DNA from: an uncultured Candidatus Saccharibacteria bacterium
Lineage (GTDB): Bacteria; Patescibacteriota; Saccharimonadia; Saccharimonadales; UBA10212
Assembly (NCBI GenBank): GCA_964567555.1
Contig: CAZMNA010000001.1
Location: 152,911-216,910 of the forward strand
Length of the DNA stretch: 64,000 nt
Direction: 5' to 3'
The notes below the pieces were generated by a model. The model had not been told where the DNA came from. It worked only from the letters and a program-made list of their open reading frames with translations, and did not search any database. Position 1 is the first letter of the stretch; every line of letters begins with the position of its first letter. Below are positions 45,953 through 55,673 of this stretch, piece by piece. The position numbers and the translations under genes are program-made.

Positions 45953-47041
45953 CTATATTACTTCCTTACCGATTATCCGAGCTACCAGGTTGCGCAGTTT
46001 CCAAAATCTGGAAGATTTCATGCTATCTATCTGGGCTTCTAGCTTAAGTCTCAAACCTCTCTCGTTTTTTACTTCTTTTTCTAATTTTTTGGCGCTTTCT
46101 GTTAATCGATTGTTTTCCTGTTCGAGGTTCTCGGTTTTTTGGTAGGTGTCTATAGCATAGCTGACAGTCGAATTTGGAAACTTAGTTTGTGCCTCTTTAT
46201 ACAAAGAAGTTTTTTGGTTTAGATCGGTTCCGATTAAATTCGATAGCATTTTATATAAGTTCCGGTCAATTATTTTTTGCAGCCGTGGCTCAGGAAACAG
46301 TTTCTTAAACTCTAAAAATAGCCTTGTATGGTCTATTCCGTATTTTTTCCAAATTTCTTCTCTATTGGAGTGTGATCCCCACCACATGCCGTCTTTATGA
46401 CGCCGGTAAGTTGACATAACTTTATTGATAAAACCTATTTTGCCAGACTGTGCATGGTAAACATGCAGGTACCAATCATCTGGAATAATGTTCGCCGGTA
46501 CCGTTAAGTCTGGCTGGCGTCGGTACATAACTGAATTTGTTTGGATGAAGTTGTTAGCTAGTAGTTCTTCGATGGAGAATTTTAGTTGGTCACGTTTTCC
46601 GGGGAATATGTATGATGGTTGTTCGTTATTTTCAAAAACTACCCGGACTGGATGGAAGCAAAGAGCGTAATCAGAGTGGCTGTCGAGAAAGTCGGCCTGA
46701 AGCTGAAGCTTCTTGGGGTCGGTCCAATAATCATCCCCCTCGCAAATAGCGAGATATTTGCCCTTAGTACGTCCTAAAACATCTACGAAGTTAGGTAAGG
46801 CTCCGATGTTGTTCTGCCGCAGGATAGGTTTAATTGTTTCCGGGTGCGAATCAGCATAGCGTTTTATGATTGCCTGAGTTTTATCAGTCGAACCGTCATC
46901 GCCAATAATAACCTCGAAATCAAAGTTAGTTTTTTGTTTTACGAAGCCGTCGAGTGCCTGTTTAATGAACTTCTCCTGGTTGTAACTTATTACTACGACA
47001 CTGACTTTTGGGGCTTTTGGACTATTTTGATTGTCTGGCAT
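45953..47041 (-). CDS. glycosyltransferase family 2 with a C-terminal coiled-coil tail
   Basis: VSVVVISYNQEKFI...GDDGSTDKT...EGDDYW. The last 70 aa or so are heptad-rich (ENLEQENNRLTESAKKLEKEVKNERGLRLKLEAQIDSMKSSRFWKLR). Confidence 0.85.
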   Translation of the reverse strand: MPDNQNSPKAPKVSVVVISYNQEKFIKQALDGFVKQKTNFDFEVIIGDDGSTDKTQAIIKRYADSHPETIKPILRQNNIGALPNFVDVLGRTKGKYLAICEGDDYWTDPKKLQLQADFLDSHSDYALCFHPVRVVFENNEQPSYIFPGKRDQLKFSIEELLANNFIQTNSVMYRRQPDLTVPANIIPDDWYLHVYHAQSGKIGFINKVMSTYRRHKDGMWWGSHSNREEIWKKYGIDHTRLFLEFKKLFPEPRLQKIIDRNLYKMLSNLIGTDLNQKTSLYKEAQTKFPNSTVSYAIDTYQKTENLEQENNRLTESAKKLEKEVKNERGLRLKLEAQIDSMKSSRFWKLRNLVARIIGKEVI

Positions 47042-47046
47042 ATACT

Positions 47047-47754
47047 TTATACCCTTAGTTTCTTTATTAAAACGTCATAGCGGAAGGAAGCATTTATTTG
47101 GTAGGTGGGCTGGTCAATAATATCAACTGAGATGTCAGCAAAGTAGTTGGCTAAAGCCTTGAAAAATTCGGGATGGTACCAGTACCCGATCAGTGGCCGG
47201 TTGTTCAGAACTCGGTTGATGTAATCCGTGCGGTATTCCGGTTTATTGATATATTCCCATTTTTTTAATTCGTCAGGGACGTCGCCAAGTAGCAGACGGC
47301 CACCAGGCTTTAACCAATCAAGTGAATTTTTGACGAGGCGGATAGTATCTTGCTCGCTAAAATATTGGATGCCGGCATAAATTATTACAATGTCGGCTGA
47401 ACTATTGCTAAACTTAGCCCTTAGGGCATCGGAGTAGATGGCTTTGACGGAGCCATCAAATCTTTCCATCATCTGGTCTAAAAGCTGCTTGGAATAATCA
47501 ACCCCAATGGCCTCGCGGGGCTTTGGGCTCAGATTGCCGATAATCTCGCCATTCCCGCAGCAGAGTTCAATTACAGAGGATCTTTTGTCTACAGCTACCA
47601 ACCGACATATGTACTCTAAAGTTTTTTGCCAAATCTTTTCATCAAGCGGCTTCCCTTTCTTAGTACGAAAAACGTTTTTTTTATAATCATCTGTACCGAC
47701 GTTTTTACTATCTGTATAAACATTATGCCAATACTGTTTTTGGTCGTCATTCAT
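47047..47754 (-). CDS. class I SAM-dependent methyltransferase
   Basis: SAM motif I VIELCCGNGE and post-I/II motifs. Confidence 0.8.
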   Translation of the reverse strand: MNDDQKQYWHNVYTDSKNVGTDDYKKNVFRTKKGKPLDEKIWQKTLEYICRLVAVDKRSSVIELCCGNGEIIGNLSPKPREAIGVDYSKQLLDQMMERFDGSVKAIYSDALRAKFSNSSADIVIIYAGIQYFSEQDTIRLVKNSLDWLKPGGRLLLGDVPDELKKWEYINKPEYRTDYINRVLNNRPLIGYWYHPEFFKALANYFADISVDIIDQPTYQINASFRYDVLIKKLRV

Positions 47755-47755
47755 C

Positions 47756-48721
47756 TTAATTGTCTTCCAAAATTAATTTAGCAATTTTGCTCATATCATC
47801 CTGATCATAGCGCTGATCGATTGGTAGCGGTAAAAGCTTGTCTGCCAGCTGATGCTCCAACTCCGTCTCTTTCGTCCATTCCAAAACATTAGGCCAATAT
47901 GTCGGTACAAAAATTTTATGCTCAATCAATTTGTGGCGAAGGCTAGAATCATCGCTTAAGAATGGGTAACACAATAGCCCGACGGCTGGCGCTTTTAGCG
48001 TCAATTTATTTTTTTGACCAATCACTCTGTCTAAAACAGCAAGGTTTCGGTCGCGGCGTGATTTAGACGCTTCATAGTCGATATTGGCCATTAGTCGCTG
48101 TGTTAGTTTAGACATGGCCATCAATGGTAGGTTGCTAAGGGCTTGGTCGTCTGTTTTAAAGTCGCCGTAACCAGCCTCGGCACCGTCTTCAATTCGTTTC
48201 AACAAGTGGCCGAAGTGACTACTAGATTTGGCCACCGGCAGCCGCTCTTCGAGCTCTTGATCGGTGTATAGCATGCCGCCATCGGGCAGACCAAAAAACT
48301 TCCGTGGGCTGTAAAAAACGTGGCTGCCAGCCGGTCGCTCAGCAAAGAAGGCCTGGCTGTAATCAAGAATTAAACGCCAACCATATTTCTGACTTAACTC
48401 ATAACAAACATCGGTCTTGATCCCAAAATAGTTAGTGTAAACAAGTAGCTCATCCCCTTTAGGTTCAATCTCCTCTTTGATTTCCAGTCTCTCGTTAACG
48501 CTATAGAGTATATAGGGGATCTTTAACTTATCGAGTGGCTCCAACATTACATCACAGGTGAATTTTGGGATATAAACCCGCTTGGGCTGTTTAGTTCGTA
48601 GTATGTATTCCAAGCAATTGCGGCCGCTATTTAGTAAAACAGCATCGCTATGGGGAAGTTCGCCGCGCCGCAGCTCGAGTTCAAAGTAGCCACCGATTGG
48701 ATTAGAGGAACTCATAGTCAT
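47756..48721 (-). CDS. DegT/aminotransferase-fold-like protein, divergent (function uncertain)
   Basis: GGYFELEL...LLNSGRNCLEYIL N-terminus, as seen in WbqC-associated proteins. I could not locate a clear PLP-lysine motif. Confidence 0.45.
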   Translation of the reverse strand: MTMSSSNPIGGYFELELRRGELPHSDAVLLNSGRNCLEYILRTKQPKRVYIPKFTCDVMLEPLDKLKIPYILYSVNERLEIKEEIEPKGDELLVYTNYFGIKTDVCYELSQKYGWRLILDYSQAFFAERPAGSHVFYSPRKFFGLPDGGMLYTDQELEERLPVAKSSSHFGHLLKRIEDGAEAGYGDFKTDDQALSNLPLMAMSKLTQRLMANIDYEASKSRRDRNLAVLDRVIGQKNKLTLKAPAVGLLCYPFLSDDSSLRHKLIEHKIFVPTYWPNVLEWTKETELEHQLADKLLPLPIDQRYDQDDMSKIAKLILEDN

Positions 48722-49412
48722 CCAGCATTATATTTACTTCTTCAGGAGAGTTAAACATCAACACGTCTACGATTGACAGTCCCGACTCAAACTCTGGTCG
48801 TTTTTGGTCATACTCCGCGAGTTTAATTGCTTGGAATTTCAACTCAACTCCTGCCTTATCATATTTAGCCTTATCAAAAAAAGCCTGGCCGCCGGGTGGG
48901 TTCCAATATTCATTGGCTGCTAGAGCTTTTGCGATATTCAACGCCCATTCATCAGGTGCTGTGGGCTGAATTATGTCTAATTTCATTTCTGAAATAACTT
49001 CTATTGGTTTATTTATCTGGAGGTAGGAACAAATTGCTCGAAGTGCCCCTTTGTTAAGGTCGACAATTGAACCAAACTGACGCTCAAATAATTTATTCAA
49101 TACTTGGACAACAGCTGAATAATGTGGCGCGATTCTTTTGTAGGTCACTAACTGGTCCAGAATTACCTTTTGCCAGTTCTTAGAGTTATCAATTTTGATA
49201 TCCCGAATCTTGGCGGTCTGAGCATGTTTTAGCAGTGGTACCTTAATGTATAACCATCCTTCACCTTGCTTCAAAATACGGTTACGTTCAATCCAACCAT
49301 GCCGGATGAACTGAACTTCGTCCAACAAAACAAATCGGTCGGTGTGTTTTATTAGGCTGAAATAGCCCAAGTACGGCAAAAAGTAGGGTTGCATGATAGC
49401 GACTTTTTTCAT
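48702..49412 (-). CDS. WbqC-family protein
   Basis: MKKVAIMQPYFLPYLGYFSLI...RFVLLDEVQF is the WbqC signature. Confidence 0.8.
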   Translation of the reverse strand: MKKVAIMQPYFLPYLGYFSLIKHTDRFVLLDEVQFIRHGWIERNRILKQGEGWLYIKVPLLKHAQTAKIRDIKIDNSKNWQKVILDQLVTYKRIAPHYSAVVQVLNKLFERQFGSIVDLNKGALRAICSYLQINKPIEVISEMKLDIIQPTAPDEWALNIAKALAANEYWNPPGGQAFFDKAKYDKAGVELKFQAIKLAEYDQKRPEFESGLSIVDVLMFNSPEEVNIMLDDYEFL

Positions 49413-49999
49413 TTTGTAATTTCAGCGATCAATTTTGATTCCTGCCGAGTTTCCAGACCAACGAGCTCAGGATGTTTGCTTTTACCTAAGGGGCAACGCT
49501 TAATCTTTGGATAGCCTGCTTCCTTGAGCCGCCGCTCCAGCTCTTCCCAGTCATATAGCCACTTGTGCCCCCACCACCTAAAAGACATGTTCATTCTTTC
49601 GGCTTTGGTTTTAACAAACTCCATATGGAAAGTTTTAATGGCGGGGTCTTTACTTAATGGCAAATTTAGGTAATCATCGACAACCGTTTCAAGATCGGGC
49701 GTAGCAATCCGCAATACGCCGTTCGGCTTGAGAACTCGCATTAAGTCCTTAATTACCACATGAAATTCCTCTACTGTCAGGTGTTCAGCAAAATGTTCAT
49801 TAAATATATAGTCGATGCTGCCGTTTTTATACGGCAGCGGCTTACGAAGATCCCAGTTAAGATCCAGTTTCTTGATATTGTGATCAGTATTGTTGTCAAT
49901 GTTAATCCAGCCCTTTTTATAGTTTGTTCCGCAAGCCACATTTAATTTAACCGGACCCTTTTTAGTAGCCCGGCTAAGCTTTGATATTAGTTTTTTCAT
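49409..49999 (-). CDS. SAM-dependent methyltransferase (type 11-like)
   Basis: LNVACGTNYKKGWINID...LKPNGVLRIATPD. Confidence 0.7.
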   Translation of the reverse strand: MKKLISKLSRATKKGPVKLNVACGTNYKKGWINIDNNTDHNIKKLDLNWDLRKPLPYKNGSIDYIFNEHFAEHLTVEEFHVVIKDLMRVLKPNGVLRIATPDLETVVDDYLNLPLSKDPAIKTFHMEFVKTKAERMNMSFRWWGHKWLYDWEELERRLKEAGYPKIKRCPLGKSKHPELVGLETRQESKLIAEITK

Positions 50000-51075
50000 T
50001 TGGTTAAGACCTTGCTGATCCGCTCGACATCCTTGACAGATAGATCACCATAAAGTGGCAAACAAAGAATCCGTTTGGCAGTGTCCTCCGAAACTGGACA
50101 ACTAACTTTCGATTTAACGTATGGCAGTGTATTGAGTGATGGATAAAAATAACGGCGCGGGAATATATTCTGGCTTTCAAAAACCCTGACCATATCCATC
50201 AGCTGATTTTCGCTATCAAGTACGATTGGATAATAGGCATAATTGTATTGGGTGTCCGGTCTAATACTTAGGGATTGGTAGCGGCCAGCTAGTAACTTAT
50301 CGTAGAGTTCCGAAGCTGCTTTACGCTTCGCGATTATCTGGTCGATGTAGTTTAAGTTGACTAGGCCCATCGCCGCTTGGAATTCTGATGCTTTGGCATT
50401 AATACCAAGCCTAAAATGTTCATCACTGTTATGCCCAAACCGCTTCATGAGCTCTATTTCATCGCTCAGCTTTTTATCTTTAATGATTACTGCACCACCC
50501 TCGATTGTGTGGAAGGGCTTAGTGGCGTGAAAGCTACAAGTTGATATATCACCGTAGCTAATCAGGGACTTGCCTTTATATTTAACGCCAAATGAATGCG
50601 CTGCGTCGTAAATAACCTTGAGATTGTACCTCTTAGCAATAGTCTCAATCGCCTCTACATCACAAGGATTTCCAAAAACATGAACCGGCATTATAGCTTT
50701 AGTCCGATCTGTAATGACGGCTTCAATTTTAGTCGCATCTAGGCAAAAGGTTTCTGGATCGATGTCCACAAAAACAGGCTGACAACGCTCCCACATAATT
50801 GCAGAAGTAGTCGCCACATAGCTAAAAGGGGTGGTAATAACTTCGCCGCCCTCGACATCTATAGCTCTCAGCGCTAGTTGCAGTGCTAAGGTACCATTGG
50901 TGACAAAATGAAAATTTTCTACGCCTAGATATTCTTTTGCTTGCTTTTCAAATTCAATAACTAGTGGTCCAGTGTTAGTCACATAGTGGCTCGCCCAGAT
51001 TTGTTTTAGAAAGGCTTCGTATTCTTCCAGTGGCGGAAGAAAGGTTTTAGTAACGTAGATCTTATCCATTGCCAA
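49996..51075 (-). CDS. DegT/DnrJ/EryC1/StrS-family sugar aminotransferase
   Basis: NGTLALQLAL, DAAHSFG, and SFHATKPF (PLP lysine). Confidence 0.9.
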   Translation of the reverse strand: MAMDKIYVTKTFLPPLEEYEAFLKQIWASHYVTNTGPLVIEFEKQAKEYLGVENFHFVTNGTLALQLALRAIDVEGGEVITTPFSYVATTSAIMWERCQPVFVDIDPETFCLDATKIEAVITDRTKAIMPVHVFGNPCDVEAIETIAKRYNLKVIYDAAHSFGVKYKGKSLISYGDISTCSFHATKPFHTIEGGAVIIKDKKLSDEIELMKRFGHNSDEHFRLGINAKASEFQAAMGLVNLNYIDQIIAKRKAASELYDKLLAGRYQSLSIRPDTQYNYAYYPIVLDSENQLMDMVRVFESQNIFPRRYFYPSLNTLPYVKSKVSCPVSEDTAKRILCLPLYGDLSVKDVERISKVLTK

Positions 51076-52219
51076 CCTTCCAGTTGTGATCTAACTTGAG
51101 AGCTGCGCCCTTGGTGGGATCGTGCCCTTTGATGACAATTTCTGGTTGTTGATCAAGTACCGTCAACAATTCTTTATTTTTCAGCCTAAACAGTGCTCCC
51201 CCAACCCGGTATGTGCCTCCATTAAACATTGTAGTATCCAGTTTATAAGTTATCTTACCGCTACGCGACACATCCAGTTGGTCAACAGTACTGATTTCTG
51301 CTAAAGAAATGCCGTCTCTTACTACCGATAAACCGATATACATTGGTTTAGTTTCTTTGGTCCGGTAGTTGATTTCAATAGTGGCTGATTCTGGAGACTG
51401 GTCTTTGATAACTGCTGTTAGTTGGTATGAACGCGGACCAGTTGTCTTTTTCTTACCAGGCGCTGCGGGGTTAATATTTTCCTCAGCATAAACATCAGAT
51501 ATGTATTCAGCTGTGCCGGAGTCGGCTAGTTTGCCATTTTTTAGGAAAATAGCTTTGTTGCAAAAGCGCCGGATAGCAGCCATGTCGTGTGACACAAAAA
51601 CAACTGTTTTCCCCTGCTGCTTTAGCTCCTCAAAATAGTTGAAGCATTTTTGTTGGAAGGCGACATCACCAACAGCCAGTACTTCATCTAAAAGCAGGAT
51701 ATCGCTGCGAGCACGGATGGCTATCGAAAATGCCAACCGAACTTGCATACCGGTGGAATAGTTCTTGAGCTTCTGGTCCATAAACCGCCTTAGTTCAGCG
51801 AACTCCACAATTTCTTCATACATCCGCTCCATCTGTTTGCGATTAAAGCCAAGAAGAGCGCCGTTTAGATATACGTTATCACGACCGCTCAGCTCGGCGT
51901 TGAAACCAACACCTAGTTCTATAAAAGGCGTCAGCGAGCCATTCATTTGAATGTTGCCTTTAGTCGGAATATAGATACCGGCCAGAAGTTTTAGTAAGGT
52001 ACTTTTACCGCTGCCGTTTCTGCCAACGATGCCGAAAAAGTCACCTTTTTTAACGGTAAAGCTGACATTGTTCAAGGCTTCCTGTAGCTCAAAGCCGCGT
52101 TTACGTCTTAGCCAATTGATAGTCATTGATTTTAATGAACTGCTTTTTTCGTGGGGTAACTTAAAGACCTTGCTAAGGTCTTTAACAACTATTAGGTTAT
52201 CGGAGTCGCCACTCATCAA
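51062..52219 (-). CDS. polysaccharide ABC exporter ATP-binding protein (Wzt/TagH-like) with a C-terminal extra domain
   Basis: Walker A GRNGSGKST, signature YSTGMQVRL, Walker B ILLLDE. About 130 extra C-terminal residues, as in Wzt glycan-terminus-binding domains. Confidence 0.88.
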   Translation of the reverse strand: MMSGDSDNLIVVKDLSKVFKLPHEKSSSLKSMTINWLRRKRGFELQEALNNVSFTVKKGDFFGIVGRNGSGKSTLLKLLAGIYIPTKGNIQMNGSLTPFIELGVGFNAELSGRDNVYLNGALLGFNRKQMERMYEEIVEFAELRRFMDQKLKNYSTGMQVRLAFSIAIRARSDILLLDEVLAVGDVAFQQKCFNYFEELKQQGKTVVFVSHDMAAIRRFCNKAIFLKNGKLADSGTAEYISDVYAEENINPAAPGKKKTTGPRSYQLTAVIKDQSPESATIEINYRTKETKPMYIGLSVVRDGISLAEISTVDQLDVSRSGKITYKLDTTMFNGGTYRVGGALFRLKNKELLTVLDQQPEIVIKGHDPTKGAALKLDHNWKVGNG

Positions 52220-53016
52220 ATATCCTCCGCAAAATAACGTGATCGTTTACGGAAATACGCTAACCCACCTGCAAAACAAACTAAAATTATTAGATAGGGA
52301 ATAAATTTATACCAACCTCCGGCAAAAGTTTGGCTGGTAGTCTGCGTACCGTTCCAAATCGTTGTATAACGTGCGTCCTGGATTGATTGAGACATCGGGT
52401 TAAGCATCATTATTTTTTGAACGGTCAGGTTCGGAATCTTAGTAATCGGGTAAATTATCGGCGTCAAATAAAAACCGCCCTGTAAAATTACGTCCCAAAT
52501 GTAGCTCACGTCTCGATACCGAACATAGGCCGCTGATAAGAACAACGAGATGCCAATCGCAAATATGTAAACCTCGCCGATCAGAGCAAAAAACCACAAA
52601 CTGCTAGGCGTCAGGTGAACGTGGTTAAAGTAGACAAATATCAAAAGAACGACGATATTAAAACCCAGGCTGATTGTCGCTGATATGCTTGTGGAAAGAA
52701 TAATTATCCAGCGGGGGATGCGGATTTTGCGGATTAGGTCACCCCGGCCAACTATAGAAGTGATGCTAGCCGCTGTCATCTCCCGGAAAAAGGTCCACAA
52801 AACTATTCCAATTAATAGGTACACTGAGTAGTGCGGTACACCTTTATTGATTTTTAGATAACTAAAAACGAAATATAGAATAACGAAGAAAAATAACGGC
52901 TGCAGAAGCGACCAGGCGTAGCCAAGTACGGAGCCTTGGTAGCGTAATTTAAAATCAGTGCGAACTAACTCAGAAATGAGTGCCCTGTTCTTGCGATGGA
53001 AGAGTCGACCAAACAT
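52216..53016 (-). CDS. polysaccharide ABC exporter permease (Wzm, ABC-2 type)
   Basis: FKLRYQGSVLGYAWSLLQP motif and 6 TMs. I prefer the ATG at 53016 (MFGRLF) because a TATAAT box (53028-53033, minus strand) lies inside the longer 53076 ORF. Confidence 0.85.
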   Translation of the reverse strand: MFGRLFHRKNRALISELVRTDFKLRYQGSVLGYAWSLLQPLFFFVILYFVFSYLKINKGVPHYSVYLLIGIVLWTFFREMTAASITSIVGRGDLIRKIRIPRWIIILSTSISATISLGFNIVVLLIFVYFNHVHLTPSSLWFFALIGEVYIFAIGISLFLSAAYVRYRDVSYIWDVILQGGFYLTPIIYPITKIPNLTVQKIMMLNPMSQSIQDARYTTIWNGTQTTSQTFAGGWYKFIPYLIILVCFAGGLAYFRKRSRYFAEDI

Positions 53017-53039
53017 ATAGCTGTGAACTATTATAGTGG

Positions 53040-54626
53040 ATGAACTCTGGATTGGTAGATGATAGCAAGATGACAAAAAAAAGAAATCAGAAGCCTAACC
53101 GGAAATCTAGTAAGAAAAGTTACCCGATAATTCGGAGCTTTTCAATGTTATCTTCCAGTATGATTGTCTTTTTGGTCATCGGGATGAGTCTAGTTGCTTT
53201 GCTCATTTGGCATCCCTGGCACAAAGCACCATTGAGCGATCAGCCTGAGGGCAGCAATGCAACGGCTAATAATAAAAGTGAGATTTGGGGAATCAAAAAA
53301 CCGTCCAATGGCCGTCAGGTGGATGGCTATGCTATGCCAAGTAGCGTAACAACCGGAGAGAACTTGACCTTCTTTGTAAGCTGCAAAGCAAATTCTTTTT
53401 CTACCGATATCTTTCGACTAGGTTATTACGGCGGAAGTGACGCCAAACTTGTTGAGAAAGTTAAGAAGAAAGTCTGTGAATTTCAAAAAACTCCAACGCC
53501 CGATCCCAATACAGGGTTAATCATAGCCCGCTGGCCTGCAAGCTTGAACGTATTAATAGAAAAGAGCTGGCAGCCAGGCGTCTATCTTGCTCGCGTTACC
53601 GATAACGAAGGGTATCAGAGTTTTGTCCCATTCATTGTACGTTCTTCTGCAGTCAAATCTCAGTATTTATTCATTCATTCAGTAGCGGACGAAGAAGCAT
53701 ACAACTACTGGGGTGGTAACTCTTTGTACCAGGATTTGACCCCTAAATTAGGTTTGCCTCGAGCAGTTGAGGTTTCGCTGGAAAGACCATTTATCCGTAA
53801 TAGTGGTGCTGGGTTTTTACTTGCCTGGGAATACCCCATGATTAAATTCCTTGAGCAACATAACTATAGTGTGGATTACGCAACTGACTTAGACGTTAAT
53901 AATAATCCAGCCATATTGAAAAAATATAAAGCTGTTATCATTGACGGCCATGATGAATACTGGACCCACAAGATGTGGGATGGATACCTCGATGCTGTGC
54001 ACTCTGGCACCAATCTTGCGGTTTTCGCTGCAAATACAGCCTACCGATTTATCCGTGTTGAAAACGACCCGGTCACCAATCAACCTGACAGTGTGATCGT
54101 TTGCTATAAAAATTCTGTACTAGATCCTGAAACAAAAATTAATCCACAACTCTCTACGCCAAAAACCATACACTTTGCCCCGTTAAACCTATCGGAGAGT
54201 GAATTGCTGGGAGAAACATGGGGAGGAGAAAATCTAAGAGGAAAATATCCAAATCTTGGTTATATAAGTAACATTGATCATTATTCGGGTAATTTGGTAG
54301 TGACAAATTCATCCAGTTGGATTTTTCAAGGCACTGATCTAAAAAGCGGCGATGTTATCCCTGGTGTTGTTGGATATGAATATGACAGGTATCTACCAAC
54401 AACTCCACACCCAGCTCCCGTGTCCATTATCTTCGCTGGGTTGACCAAAAATACCAAAGGAATTACACGGGAACAGGACTCTGTTTACTACTCTTTGCCG
54501 GACGGGGGCCAGGTTTTTGATGCCGGCACCATCGAATGGTCTTGGGGGTTAGACCCCGCTTTACCTACTTACAGTCCTCAACTAGTTAAAGTTACCGAAA
54601 ATATTTTAAACCACTTTGGGCAATAG
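53040..54626 (+). CDS. membrane-anchored extracytoplasmic protein resembling the N,N-dimethylformamidase beta-subunit-like family
   Basis: N-terminal TM. Motifs AYNYWGG and IIDGHDEYWT...NLAVFAANTAY, recalled from that family. Confidence 0.5.
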   Translation: MNSGLVDDSKMTKKRNQKPNRKSSKKSYPIIRSFSMLSSSMIVFLVIGMSLVALLIWHPWHKAPLSDQPEGSNATANNKSEIWGIKKPSNGRQVDGYAMPSSVTTGENLTFFVSCKANSFSTDIFRLGYYGGSDAKLVEKVKKKVCEFQKTPTPDPNTGLIIARWPASLNVLIEKSWQPGVYLARVTDNEGYQSFVPFIVRSSAVKSQYLFIHSVADEEAYNYWGGNSLYQDLTPKLGLPRAVEVSLERPFIRNSGAGFLLAWEYPMIKFLEQHNYSVDYATDLDVNNNPAILKKYKAVIIDGHDEYWTHKMWDGYLDAVHSGTNLAVFAANTAYRFIRVENDPVTNQPDSVIVCYKNSVLDPETKINPQLSTPKTIHFAPLNLSESELLGETWGGENLRGKYPNLGYISNIDHYSGNLVVTNSSSWIFQGTDLKSGDVIPGVVGYEYDRYLPTTPHPAPVSIIFAGLTKNTKGITREQDSVYYSLPDGGQVFDAGTIEWSWGLDPALPTYSPQLVKVTENILNHFGQ

Positions 54627-54656
54627 TCCTTCTAAGAACTTCAAGGCTATGTCATA

Positions 54657-55673
54657 TTGTTAACAGTGAAAACAGCCGTTGTTATACCAAATTGGGATGG
54701 TAAGAGTCGCCTGGGAGCATGCCTTGATTCGATACAAGCTCAGTCCGATCCGGCCGATGTAGTTGTAGTAGACAATGGTTCGCGCGATGGCTCCGCGGAA
54801 TTTATTAGGAGTAAATACCCCAAGGTTATTTTGCTGCAGAACCAAAGAAACCTGGGCTTTGCCGGCGGCGTCAATATAGGCCTGCGTTATGCGCTTGAGA
54901 ATAATTACACCTATGCCGCCCTTTTGAATAACGATGCTATTGCTGATAGGAATTGGTTAAAATATCTGGTGGAATTTTTAGATAAAGACAAATCAGGAGG
55001 TATCGTAGTTTCTAAAATGCTGGCCGCCGATGGCAAACACATAGACAGTGCTGGCGAAGCCTATAGTATATGGGGGCTTCCCTTCGCAACTGGGCGCGGT
55101 AAATTAGACAGAGGCCAATACGATAAGTCCGGTTGGGTGTTTGGCGCCTCAGGTGGCGCCAGTTTATACCGGCTGAGCATGCTTAAAAAAATCGGCTTGT
55201 TTGACGAAGATTTTTTTGCCTACTATGAAGACGTCGATATCAGTTTCCGGGCCCAGTTGGCCGGCTGGAAGGTTGGCTTTGAGCCAAAGGCAAAGGTTGT
55301 CCACCAGATTGGGGCTACCTCTAAACAAATCAAGGGTTTCACCACCTATCAAACCGTCAAGAACCTGCCATGGCTGATGTGGAAGAACATCCCGAGGCCA
55401 ACGTTGTGGAAGATCATGCCACGGCTTTATCTGGCTTATATTTCATTTATATTCCGGGCCTTATCCAAGGGCCAAATCTGGCCGGTTCTGAAGGGCGTTT
55501 TAATGACAAAACTGCTCCTGCCAAAAAAACTGCTGGAACGCCGGAGTATCCAAAAATCCCGCAAGGTGAGTCTGGCCTACATAGATTCAATCATTACCCA
55601 TGACTTGCCGTCCAATGCCGTTAACTTACGCCGCTTGCGCTCAGCTTGGTGGCGACTGCGAGGTAAAAAATAA
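54657..55673 (+). CDS. glycosyltransferase family 2 (rhamnosyltransferase-like)
   Basis: AVVIPNWDG...VVVDNGSRDGS...NLGFAGGVN...NNDA...YYEDVD. TTG/GTG start uncertain. Confidence 0.85.
   Translation: MLTVKTAVVIPNWDGKSRLGACLDSIQAQSDPADVVVVDNGSRDGSAEFIRSKYPKVILLQNQRNLGFAGGVNIGLRYALENNYTYAALLNNDAIADRNWLKYLVEFLDKDKSGGIVVSKMLAADGKHIDSAGEAYSIWGLPFATGRGKLDRGQYDKSGWVFGASGGASLYRLSMLKKIGLFDEDFFAYYEDVDISFRAQLAGWKVGFEPKAKVVHQIGATSKQIKGFTTYQTVKNLPWLMWKNIPRPTLWKIMPRLYLAYISFIFRALSKGQIWPVLKGVLMTKLLLPKKLLERRSIQKSRKVSLAYIDSIITHDLPSNAVNLRRLRSAWWRLRGKK

Noticed and set aside
53017-53076. Upstream start (53076) of the Wzm permease ORF, which overlaps the divergent gene at 53040
   Set aside because: The first 20 codons (MSSCYHLPIQSSSTIIVHSY) contain the likely promoter (TATAAT on the minus strand at 53028-53033). 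They are not part of the conserved Wzm N-terminus, so the ATG at 53016 is preferred.
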